From Minutocellus sp. GHC0000111 (lineage: Eukaryota): 64,000 nucleotides of DNA. The translations under genes and the position numbers were made by a program. Of the stretch, positions 21,890 through 32,357 are shown piece after piece. The DNA lies in NCBI GenBank assembly GCA_977018835.1, contig OZ361261.1:620001-684000 (forward strand), given 5' to 3'. Position 1 is the stretch's first letter. Each line of letters opens with the position of its first letter. A model generated the notes under the pieces. It was not told the DNA's origin. It was given only the letters and a program-made list of their open reading frames with translations, and made no database searches.

Positions 21890-23522
21890 ATGGGAATTGT
21901 CGACTGCCGAGTCGGTCTTGTAGCTGCACTGCTGTTGCAGGCTGCGACCATCCCTCATTCGTTGGCATTTACGCCGATTGCCAATACACATTCGTCTTCT
22001 GTACTTGCACCACCATCATCGGCTGCTTCCGCAACTCGTCTCTATTCGGTGGCACCAAAGGAGGAGGAGAAGGTCCTTCGCAAGGAAATTGCCGAAAAGA
22101 ATAGCAGAATTGAAAATGAGAAAGACTTTGGGGTTATCGATGGAAATATTCCCGAAGAAGAGGAGAAAGAAGATGTGCCAGAAGTAGCCTCCTCCTCGAA
22201 GAAGTTCCTTGCGACACAGATTCAGCGGGCAACCAAGCCTCGCGCGTACCCTCTGTTCCTAGCGGAGAAGGCCGCCGGCCTGGTGGAAGAAGTTGCCTTC
22301 AAGGTCTCTGGATCTTCAAGTGCTGAAAACATTTATGTCAATGGAGAGCTGCCGAAGAAGGAGAAGGTCGTTGTGCTGGGCACTGGTTGGGGAGCAGCGG
22401 CATTCCTCAAGGACGTTGACATGTCCAAATACGATGTGACTGTCATCAGTCCGAGGAACTTTTTCTTGTTCACCCCTATGCTCGCTGGTGCTGCCACTGG
22501 TACTGTTGAGTACAGGTCGATCACTGAGTCGGTGCGCGAGATCAGCAAGAAGGCCAATTTCCTGGAGGCTACGGCCACCGAGATTGACCCCAAAACCAAC
22601 ACCATCACCTGTGAGTCAGTTGTCTGCGAGGGCACCAGTTGCAAGATTAACGACTTTACCGTCGATTATGACAAGCTTATTGTTACTGTCGGCGCGCAAA
22701 CCAACAGTCCTCGCTCCTTTCGACAAGTCTCTTCAGCAAGAAGCCATCCGCCAACTAACAAGTGCCCCTAAATTCCGCGACGCAACGGTTGCTAACCTTT
22801 TGCCGGGACAGTTCAAGCTCACGGAGCTACTCCTTGACAGCGGTGTCAAAGAGGTGACCGATGAAACCATCAAGCTCTCCGATGGTAGCGAGATCAAATA
22901 TGGTCTCGCCGTTTGGGCAGCTGGTAATGGCCCCCTTCCCATTACACTGCAATTGATTGATGCCCTCGGTGGAGAGGGTAGCGAGCAGAAAAATGCGCAG
23001 GATATCGCCCGCGGACGTTTGGCCATTGATCCCTGGCTCCGAGTCATTGGAGGTGAGGGTAAGATTCTTGCGTATGGAGACTGCTCCTGCATCGTTGACG
23101 GCCAGCTCCCTGCAACTGCACAAGTTGCCAGTCAACAAGGTGAATTTCTCGCCAAGCTGCTTTCTCGAGGATATGACATGAGCCCGGGTGTTGAAGATGG
23201 CATTTTGATCCCCCCGAAACCGACCGCTTCGGACAAAACTCTGTCAGAGTCCATAGCTGCGTTTGCTATCCAGAACGGCGAATTCGCTGCACCTTTCCAG
23301 TTTCTCAACCTGGGAATCCTGGCATACACAGGTGGAGGTTCAGCTTTGGCACAGCTCCAGGTGGCGCCTAACGGAGAGCCCGTCAAGGGTACCGGAAAGG
23401 TTGGGTTCGGGCTGTGGAGGAGTGTTTACCTCACGAAGCAGGTATCGCTGAGAAATCGAGTCCTCGTCCTTGTCGACTGGCTCAAAGCCCAAGCATTTGG
23501 ACGGGATATTACACGTGTGTAG
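21890..23522 (+). pseudogene. Type II NAD(P)H dehydrogenase (NDH-2), plastid presequence, internal deletion plus frameshift at about 22701-22706
   Basis: VVLGTGWG, SPRNFFLFTP, YDKLIVTVGAQTN, then another frame gives VLAPFD, VWAAG, GDC, PATAQVASQQG, WRSVYL, GRDITR. The second GxGxxG domain is absent. Confidence 0.85.
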
Positions 23523-23612
23523 GCAGTAAATGATACTACTGATAAACAAACAGTTTCATAAGTCAATACCATTGGTAGTATTAATATTTTTGTTGATGAT
23601 TAAAGATGAAGC

Positions 23613-24905
23613 TCATGTGTACCACACGTTGCCCTCGAGCAAGTCATCAATGTCTGTTATTTGCCATGAGCCCAAAGTCGAGGGGCCGCCATTAATACTC
23701 GCACTGACTTTCATCTCAAATCGCACCAAATGGGTCACGTCGTTGACCTTACCCTCTGGGTCGCCTTGTACAACTTGATCTAATTCGACATCTTTCACAG
23801 TGAAAATTTCCCGACATTTGATAAGCGCCTGGCAAATGATTGTAGACTCCACAACCCCCTGACTGTCGGCCTGCTTCTTGGCGAGGGATTCCAGCTCGCC
23901 AGCGATTTCACTGATTGCCTCGCCCATACCCAGCCTCCTCCCGAGCTTTTCCTCCTTCTCTTCCAAGTGCACCCAAACATTCCGAAGGGCATGCCGAAGG
24001 GCAGGAGTTGCCTCAACTCGTTCGCAGGTGATGAATGGGATGAGGAACATGCTCATAATTTCGGCATCATAGGGTTCTGTTTGTAGACGTATTTGCAGGT
24101 TGTGGCGGGTATGTTCGTGGGCCGTCTCGTAGAGGCATCGAAGCTGTTTCTGGAGCATGTATTCCAGCTCAGGTGCATTTTCATCGTCAAAGTCATCCTC
24201 TGGTTTTGGTTCCGAGATATCAGTTGGATGGGGAGGAGGCGCCACAGTTTGGTCAAAGTTCACAACGAACGACGATGGCTCTAGCTCGATTGATGACGAA
24301 TCATTGCCATCCTTGGAACCACCGCCTTCCGCTCTCTCTTCATCGCTCACATCTACCGAACTCCCTGGTCGCGACACTATGCTCTCCATTGGCACGTGAT
24401 ACGTTCGCGAGAGTAGACCAGCAACGGCCATCTGAAACGCCCAGGCAAATTGACCGGCCATTTCCTCCTCCCAGCCTCGGAAGAAGAGCACCTTGTAACT
24501 TGGAATGTTTAGCATCGATGCAGCGTTCCAGTAAAGCGCACCACGCACCCACCGATTCAATGGGGGCATCCCAGGCCCGACATATCCACCTTGTGAGCTG
24601 TACTCCGGCGTTCCCGGACAGAGTCGAGGCAGCGGTGATGGAGAGTGGCGCCAGGGAAACAATGCGCGGATGGGATCCACTTGGTGCTCGGAGATAAAAT
24701 CGGAATTATCGTTCGGTCGAGCTCGGTCTGGCGAGGAATCGTTGCTGGATTTGAGTTGAGGTGGTGATGTTGGGTCACCGCCGGCCGAACCGCCCGAGAG
24801 CAGCCTTCCTGTGATTAGTGCTGGTGTTGGTGTGCTGCATTTTACGGGCTGGCGATGGAAACAACACGCCAATACCCGCCCATTTGACTTTGATACGCTG
24901 CTGCG
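23613..24905 (-). pseudogene. Tim44-like domain protein (MAIP1-like); native start apparently lost
   Basis: C-terminal IKCREIFTVKD...VVQGD...THLVRFE...WQITDID. The 5' frame has transit-peptide-like residues but no ATG before it meets MFS sequence and a TGA. Confidence 0.55.
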
Positions 24906-25513
24906 TATTGGAAAGATGGAAGAGGAAGCAAAGGACCAGGAAGGTCAAGAGGATGGGATCTCGAATGACGGATAGCGGAGTATCGGCGTGGGGCATTCCC
25001 GCAGATTCCTCCGCCGCATCGCTCTGCTGGCCAAATCCAAAGTTGAACGAGGGCTTGGGCTGGAACTCCTTCTTGTTCTCCGGCGCGGGGGCACCATCGG
25101 CACCAGGAGGGGCGTAACTAGAGCTGTTTGCCTCAGAATGGGTAGTGGGGGGACCACCCTCGGCCTTCTTCTCCGTATCAGATTCCAGCGTCAGCCCACG
25201 GGCGGCGTCGTGATCAATGTCTTCGGGTCGGATCTGTGCCAAGAAAAACAAGACTCCGGCCAATGCGATCGGACTGACGACGAAGAGGTAGCCAATGTTG
25301 GGATACAGAAAGAACGCCAAGACCGAGCCCGTCAAGACAATGATGGCCGTACCAAGATGGTTCATCATCTCGTTCATCGCTACCTGCCCAGTCATACCGA
25401 CTGCGCCAACGATGCCCTGCGTGATGGAGTTCAGGCCTGGTGGGATCATGGCGGTCACTGCTCCCTGGATGAACTTGATCAACACCATGAAAGCCAGGTT
25501 CGCGATGCCGGCT
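24905..25513 (-). pseudogene. Internal fragment of an MFS transporter, both ends missing
   Basis: Hydrophobic helices with ITQGIVG, NEMMNHLG, IRPEDIDHDAARG and FLFHLSN. In-frame TGA just upstream; sequence switches to the Tim44-like gene right after FHLSN. Confidence 0.7.
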
Positions 25514-25678
25514 CGTTTTTCTCACTGACTCATTCGACTCGACTCGACTCGGCCGTACGTACAGTACGTACGAACTGTCTCATTCTCTTTCTGCGCGACG
25601 ATGACGATCGAGCGAGCCACTGATACTTACCACGGACCGTCAGTACAGCCGCAGCTACGTAGTCAAGCGCATGCCAAG

Positions 25679-26530
25679 ATGATCACGATCTCCTCTCGCC
25701 TAGTAGTAGGCCGCTTGGTCTCCTGTAGGCGCACATCATCCTCGCTTCTCAAGCGAACCAAGGTCACTTCCTCCATCGAACCACCTCCTGTTCTCCTCGA
25801 TGATTTTGTGGAAAGCCCAGGTGTAATCGCCCTGATGGAGAGCTCCTTGTACCGTGATGCATGGTCCAGACCCTTTGCCTTCACCTTTCCAGATCGAGGT
25901 GTTCACTTCCTTTCGGTCGATGTATTTTCTGATCTATCCTCCTCCTTCAAAGTGTCGGAGTCCTTTGCGCAAATGCATACCGAGCTGGCTACCGATCTGT
26001 CGCCACATGCCGAGGTGACACTCGTTGCACGAGGTCCACTGCCATGCCTCGTAGCACAGTACTACCTGGAGAGTTTGCCTCTTTCGGGTCTGATCTTGGT
26101 CGACCCATTGATTGTACCCCGTCGTGGCGGTGAACTTGATACAAACGATACTGGCAGTGACAATGAGAGCCTACAATCCTCGGTGCAGTCATTTTTGCAG
26201 ACCACATCCCAAGCCTACTGTTTTGATTTCGAGACAAAAAACGAGAATGGTGAAACATTGTTGCTTGACAAAATGCAAAAAAGTAGTGAATACGGTCGAT
26301 ACGATCGTCCTCTCAAGCTGGAGGCTGGGGTCATACCAGTAAAAGTTCTTTATACTGGGGGCGATGTGACCCACGAAGGAGAATTTCGACGTTGCGCAGA
26401 GCGGACTGCTTCGTATCATACCGCAAATGATGGCAACAGCCTTTATGGCGAGGTTGCCGTAGAAAAGCTAGAAAGGGAGGTTGAGTCGGCAATTGAAACC
26501 GTCTTTTCATTTCATGACGAAATTATATGA
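25679..26530 (+). CDS. Hypothetical protein, degenerate alpha/beta-hydrolase-like
   Basis: VTLVARGPLPCLVAQYYLESLPLSGLILVDP resembles the nucleophile-elbow region but lacks GxSxG; Arg/Ser-rich N-terminus. Confidence 0.55.
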   Translation: MITISSRLVVGRLVSCRRTSSSLLKRTKVTSSIEPPPVLLDDFVESPGVIALMESSLYRDAWSRPFAFTFPDRGVHFLSVDVFSDLSSSFKVSESFAQMHTELATDLSPHAEVTLVARGPLPCLVAQYYLESLPLSGLILVDPLIVPRRGGELDTNDTGSDNESLQSSVQSFLQTTSQAYCFDFETKNENGETLLLDKMQKSSEYGRYDRPLKLEAGVIPVKVLYTGGDVTHEGEFRRCAERTASYHTANDGNSLYGEVAVEKLEREVESAIETVFSFHDEII

Positions 26531-27899
26531 CACTATTTGAGATAGATGTATCGATTGGCTCCAGCAGTGGGTCTCGCAGCTCGTTTGCTTCATCACCTGA
26601 TTCCCTACTACAGTCACTGTTTGTCTCCTTGTGCTCAATTCGTCGACGACCAGTGCGGGAGATCAGCTGGTTCAGTGCGGATGGCACAAGATTTTGTCTT
26701 TCGAATTCTTCGGTCTTCTCATATTTAGCCTCTTGATAGCGTTCCTTTTCTGGCAGCACATACAGCATGAGCAAATCAACTATTGTTGTGGCAACAGCCA
26801 GCAAACCAACAGCCGTTGTTATTGTAATCAAGAACGACAGCATATCGAATTTGTGGAATTCCCCACCTAATAGGACCGCAATCTTGATCCCGTGCGCATT
26901 TAGGAGCGTCCGCTGGGAACGATATCTATCATAAAAGGGAACGTATTGCTTGAAAGATGAACCAGCGATGAGCTGCGGAGCGTAATAATATCCCGGCTCG
27001 ACGAGGCCTCTGTAGGCAGCAAAATCAGTCCAAAAGATATTGAGCAACAATGTCGCTCCTGTATCGCGGTATGTCTGACAGGTTCCAGTATTGTGCACGT
27101 TGTTGTCATTTGGACCTTCATTGCAGTCGTCGATATCTACTCCAGCCGCCTTCAGCAGTAAATCCAGAGTAAAGTAATCCTGACTGGCTGATGTTGTTGA
27201 TGGTTCAATGTAGCATGGCGACGTCCCCGTTTCCTGCTTCCCTCGGTAGCTAACATAAGATCTTCCGTTTTGGTGTTCAAGTCTGCAAAGGTCAGAGTCT
27301 TTGGAAAGTAGTCGGCCCGAATATCTAGAAGATTCTGCCGAGCATGAATAGTGTAGCTGGGAATGTCCAGAGCAGATTTGTGAGGCAGTCACCGCATGAT
27401 CAAAAAGAATAGTGAACCGTTCGCTTTGTGCAGTGTAGAACGTATGCTCAACCGACTGATCGCTATACGTTCTTGGGCAAGACATGGCATCTGCTCCACA
27501 GATCAGAGTCTGGTTGGTTACTGATGCACGAGTGATGACTGCAATGCTCTTTTCTGAGACAATTTGTGCGTTGATACTTTCGTATATTTCGCAAGGATAG
27601 ACGTTGCCTGCATAAGAAGCATTCGATCCATACTGTCGACAATAGGGCAACTCATTCAAAGGAGCGAAATCGTTACGGCAATTGCGGTCACTGGGGTCGC
27701 AATCAGAATTCGTCGGATGTTGTAAAGAGAAGCGTACGACACCCACAGTCGAAGACTTTTGTAAGAACCCCCCACTTCCCAATAGCTCAAATATTATCAC
27801 ATATGCCGATATTACGACTACGAAGAGATATCGAAGAGATGCCAAGCGCTTGTCCCGGATGGCGACGACTTTTACCGTCTCGTACGAGCAGAGGCCCAT
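26523..27899 (-). CDS. P2X receptor-like channel
   Basis: N-terminal YETVK (YxTxK), TM1, Cys-rich ectodomain, RTLLNAHGIKI, GEFHKFD, TM2 with conserved Asp (IVD), C-terminal YQEAK (YxxxK). Confidence 0.88.
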   Translation of the reverse strand: MGLCSYETVKVVAIRDKRLASLRYLFVVVISAYVIIFELLGSGGFLQKSSTVGVVRFSLQHPTNSDCDPSDRNCRNDFAPLNELPYCRQYGSNASYAGNVYPCEIYESINAQIVSEKSIAVITRASVTNQTLICGADAMSCPRTYSDQSVEHTFYTAQSERFTILFDHAVTASQICSGHSQLHYSCSAESSRYSGRLLSKDSDLCRLEHQNGRSYVSYRGKQETGTSPCYIEPSTTSASQDYFTLDLLLKAAGVDIDDCNEGPNDNNVHNTGTCQTYRDTGATLLLNIFWTDFAAYRGLVEPGYYYAPQLIAGSSFKQYVPFYDRYRSQRTLLNAHGIKIAVLLGGEFHKFDMLSFLITITTAVGLLAVATTIVDLLMLYVLPEKERYQEAKYEKTEEFERQNLVPSALNQLISRTGRRRIEHKETNSDCSRESGDEANELRDPLLEPIDTSISNSVI

Positions 27900-28140
27900 C
27901 GTGTTGTTGAGAACCCAAAGCAAAAAATGAGTGAAATGAGCGAGAATGAGCTTAGCCGCAGACACTCTTGGGTTGGCCCACCAAGACGAAGGGTCGCCCA
28001 CGCGCTAATAAGACAAGCTGGTGGCTGACCAACACTCGCCCCTTTGGCGGTATCTTGGTGCGCGCGTCGCTACAACGCGTCAGCGGCGGCAAAGCAAAGA
28101 CGCCCATGGGCGTGTCATAATCAAGCAGTTATAGTCCAAT

Positions 28141-28200
28141 CTCCCTCTTTCCCTCTTTCCCTCTTTCCCTCTTTCCCTTCTCTCCCCCTTCCCTTTTTTA
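28141..28200. repeat. Polypyrimidine tract with (CCCTCTTT)4; differs between the duplicate copies
   Basis: Copy 2 (about 52383-52446) has 3 units plus 12 extra bases, net +4 bp. Confidence 0.9.
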
Positions 28201-28262
28201 CTGCTACATCGAGCTGCTTGCTGAAGAAGCCACAAAAGGCGTAGGTGTCAAGGGAAGGGACC

Positions 28263-29579
28263 ATGCGTCGACCTCCGTCAATCGTCTTCCTTATTACATT
28301 CTGCTGGCACAACAGGCTTGTTTTTGCGTTCCTTATTAATTGCAGCGATAGGGCCGGCAATCAAATTTCTCCAAGGGATCGTCTCCCGACGATCTTTGAA
28401 GCGATGATGCCACGATCTCATTCCACGGCAATCAACGGAGAGAACGTCGAGGGCGATGATTCAAACGATGAAGCAGCTCAATCTTTGATGGAGCTGGCAT
28501 CGAGACATTTTGCGTCGCAGGCATTGCACGCATTCGTCAAAATGGGTATTCCTGACATCTTAGGGTTAACCTACATGAGCGTCGATCAAATATCCGATCT
28601 CTTGGACGAAGGGGTAGGCAGCAATTTGCAAAGAAGGAAGGTAAATCGCGATGGATTGCTTCGTATAATGAGACTGATAGTTGCAGAAGGTGTGCTTGTC
28701 CAAAGTACAGCCAATAGTGAGCAAGAGATCACTTTTGGACTTAGTGCGAAAGGCAAGCTTCTTAGGAGCGGCGGCCAACGGGACTTGGCAAGTGTAGTTC
28801 TACATTGGATGGAAGCACCATTGTGGAATGCATGGGCAGAATTGCCCAATTATATTGTCGGCGACTGCACGGTGGGCCAAGATGCAGAAGAAAGTGGCAA
28901 AGGTAGAGTAAAAGATGTTCTACCATTCGAGAAAGCGAACGGAATGTCGAGCGATGAATATTATTGCCAAGACAACGCTGAATCCCTGAAGAATGCGAAT
29001 GCGTTTGTTCGATACATATCTAACGAAGAGGAGAAGGCTGTGTTAAGTGGTTACAATTGGGCAAAATTGTCTGGGAAGATACTGCTTGATGTAGGAGGGC
29101 ACAAAGGAAAGGTAATGGGTCTGATTGCCTCAAAATACCCTGAAATTAAGTGCCGATCCTTTGATCTTCCCGAAATTGTATCTTCCGCAACTGCTCCTGA
29201 GGGAGTTGAACTATTTGGTGGTGATATCTTTCAAGGAGATTTGCCTTCATGCGACGTTATCTTTATGAAGCATTTCCTTGATAAGGTCATGTGGGACGAG
29301 ATGCAGACGATTCAGATTTTATCGTCCTGCAGAGACGCTCTGCCCGATGGAGGTCAAGTCATCATCGCCGAAGCCGTACTTCCAGATGATTGCTCCAGTG
29401 CCACTGGGACCAATCGTCTTCACCTCTACATTGATGTGCTATTTCTGCTGGTGGGACGCGAGGCCGCAAGGACAGAGTCGGAGTGGAGTGACCTCGCAGA
29501 GAAGGCTGGGCTTCGCGTGGATTGGATTACCGCTACTTCGGCTCCCAGTTGCTATATCATTGTGCTTAGTAAGGCTTAG
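28263..29579 (+). CDS. SAM-dependent O-methyltransferase (COMT-like, Methyltransf_2)
   Basis: Dimerisation helices, LLDVGGHKG, FDLPEIV, GGDIF, DVIFMKH, LPDGGQVII, RTESEW. Confidence 0.88.
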   Translation: MRRPPSIVFLITFCWHNRLVFAFLINCSDRAGNQISPRDRLPTIFEAMMPRSHSTAINGENVEGDDSNDEAAQSLMELASRHFASQALHAFVKMGIPDILGLTYMSVDQISDLLDEGVGSNLQRRKVNRDGLLRIMRLIVAEGVLVQSTANSEQEITFGLSAKGKLLRSGGQRDLASVVLHWMEAPLWNAWAELPNYIVGDCTVGQDAEESGKGRVKDVLPFEKANGMSSDEYYCQDNAESLKNANAFVRYISNEEEKAVLSGYNWAKLSGKILLDVGGHKGKVMGLIASKYPEIKCRSFDLPEIVSSATAPEGVELFGGDIFQGDLPSCDVIFMKHFLDKVMWDEMQTIQILSSCRDALPDGGQVIIAEAVLPDDCSSATGTNRLHLYIDVLFLLVGREAARTESEWSDLAEKAGLRVDWITATSAPSCYIIVLSKA

Positions 29580-29916
29580 CGGCTGTCTTTCAATCAGCTG
29601 CAGAGCGTCCCTGCCCCATGGCCTATCTAAGTTGGCACGATGTCAATTCACTTTCTAACTAGCTACATGTACGTAGAAGCTACGCCCAGTTGCATTGAGG
29701 CATAGCACAGACATACACTTTCATTCCCGAGCTTGATAATAGTGTACAATACTTACTCAGTGCATACCTCTACCACCATGGCACCACACTTGTTGAGTAT
29801 TCATGCAGATGTTGTCTCAACATTTCTATTCGTAACATTTACCTACCTTGGCAATATTTTTTTCGACGTTGCTTCATATGCCGATATTCGCGCCTTGCCA
29901 TTTGTTTCTTGACATT

Positions 29917-30639
29917 TTAATACCCTGGAGGCCCCGGCATTCCTCGTCCCATGCCCGGCGGCGGCGGTGGAGGCATACCCCGTCCCATCATTTGCGGCGG
30001 GGGACCACCAACGCCATGTACAGGTGCCGCACCCAGTCCGACAGGTGCCGCTCCCGGTGCTCCGGGCATCGGAGGGGGGACGGCGCCTCGGCCGGCACCT
30101 CTCGCCACACCGGGCCCGCCGGGGGCCAGCCTTGCCCCCGCCGACGGTGGGGGTGGTCCCTCCACGGCCAAGCTAACCACATTCTCTCCTCGCAAGATGA
30201 TCAAACCCAGTGCGCGCTTCTCCTGCCTCTCTTCGACCACTGCCGACCGATCTCCCTTCTTCCGGAGGGTGCGGAATTCCTCCGCATCGGACAGGACCAG
30301 GTTGAGGTGCTTGTCAAATGCCAGAAATGTGCCGATGATTACCCGGCCATCCTGCAAGGTTACGCGGAGCCGATGCTCCACGTAACGCAAGAGTTTTGAT
30401 CCCTTCCCCGATGGCTGGTGTTTGGTTAATGAATTATGATAAGAGTGAGGTCAAGAGCAAACGAGCACGTGCATGAGGGTGTGAGCAAAAAGGTGATGAA
30501 GAAAAAATAGGAAAGGCAAATGTGGCACAAATCGACACGCAAAATGCAAATCAGAAATAGAGACGATGAAGTGTCAAATTCACGCAGCTCCACGCCGGGG
30601 TATGAGAGGAACAAAGGCAGCAACCGCTGTACTCACCAT
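29917..30639 (-). CDS. SNRPB: Small nuclear ribonucleoprotein SmB; ATG-only first exon, intron 30415-30636
   Basis: [25 protein letters not shown]...[17 protein letters not shown]...[13 protein letters not shown], then a Pro/Gly-rich tail with GRG motifs. Confidence 0.95.
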
Positions 30640-30917
30640 CGTCGCGATATGAACAGAGCGGGGCAGGAACGGCGAGGCGGCGGGTGGACGACGACGACGG
30701 AAAGACGTGCGTAGTTGGAATTACTCCTCTAATTTAAATTGTTGAGGCTCCATAAAAGGAAAAGTTCGATTGAGGAGTGTAATAGGGACGGAAAGACGGA
30801 ACGATTCCTCCCATGATGCGATTCATTCTTGCTTCCTCGCGTCGCCGTATCTCGCCTCGATTGTTGATGAGTTGTTGAGCTTGATTGACATAGATGACTG
30901 ACTTGCCTTGATGCTCG

Positions 30918-32269
30918 ATGCTCCCCTCCTCAACCTCTTCGAGCGGGAGGCATGGTCGAAGAAGGCGACGACTTGTCAGGAAAGGGGGTAGGCCAGCATC
31001 AAAGCCACGGGAGTGGAGGGTGTTGGTCCTGCTCCTACTGGCTGCACTAACTGCTCTCTGGCTCCTCTTTTTGATCCTGATACACTTCAAGCTCGGAACT
31101 CCAGCCGCCGACCCGTTCCCCTGCTCGGCGGTATATTTTTGGGGTGGCGGCAAGGCAGGGTCGACGACATTGGCAGCACTTCTCAAGCACGGTTACGAGG
31201 GAGACGCGTACCTGGTACGATCCAAATTCAGAGTTTGTTGACTCGCCAAAAAGAAATTTGTTGGGCAGAAAGGGGGCAGATTCTTCAGCGCAGACAAGAC
31301 TTCGGTTCTGGGCTGGATGGCCTCTCCAAGTGGAGAGCGATGACACATGGACATAAATGCCATCCAGACGATAAACACTTCGTGTTGGATGCCTGTCCAC
31401 GCTATAATACCAGAGAACATGCAGAGCTGATCATAGAGGAGAATCCAAATGCCAAGTTCCTCATGCTTATTCGAAATCCTGTGGATCGGCTTATCTCCAA
31501 CATCAATGACGTTCGACGGGGTCCGGCGGTTGATGTAGAGGAGGCCGTAAGAAAACTTCTTCAGCGTAATGTTGAAGGCAATGATATGCCGCAGGGTGGA
31601 TTGTTGAGGAGGCGGGCCAAGATATTTTTAGACAGCCAACGGCGAAGACTAAGTGAACGCTTTGAGGGGGAGACAAGTGATTCGGGTGTCATTGATGATG
31701 CCAGGAAGGTTGCATATAGAACTAGAAAACGTGATTTGCTCCGAGAACGTCTCATCGCGAGGAGAACAGATGCAGCTACCTGGGCGAGGGGCGACAGAGA
31801 GAGTGGAGGCGCATTGCATCGAGAAATATTGGGGCAGCAGGGGATGGGTGTACTGCCACAGAAATTTGATCATGTGTCCCGACTGTCACGGAATCACTGG
31901 GAGCTTTCCTTGTACGGGAAAAATTTGCAAAATCTCCTCTCGGTAGTTCCAGCGTCGCAAGTCTTGATTATCCAAACCGAGGCTTTATCAAAAAATCCAC
32001 AAGAAACAGTTGCCGACATTCTGAAATTTATCGGGGCATCGAAGGTGAAGACACTTCACGAGAATAAGCTGCATGATCGAGTGTCGTACAAGACTATATC
32101 TCATGAGCTAACGCAGGAATTGGAAACCGCCTTCAAAGCAGATCATACGCTCCTTCTGCAGCAACTCGGTGACAAAACATTTCTTTGGTCTTGGCTTAAA
32201 GATGAAACAGATGCTGGCGCTAATGAGAATTGGCTTACTACGACGCCTGTTCCCCGGCAATCTACGTAG
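30918..32269 (+). pseudogene. Membrane-anchored sulfotransferase, frameshifted at about 31208-31252
   Basis: TM segment and PAPS-binding loop GGGKAGSTTL in one frame; KEICW, DACPRY, LIRNPVDR and ILKFIG in another. Confidence 0.75.
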
Positions 32270-32357
32270 CTGAGGTTTTTGGCAGTGAAGTTTTACTTTC
32301 ATTTGTCATAATATTATAAAGTTACAGTTGTGCCATACTTATCTGTCAAAATACAAT

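Noticed and set aside
31215..31231. GT...AG mini-intron that would restore the sulfotransferase frame
   Set aside because: Only 17 nt; the other introns here exceed 100 nt.
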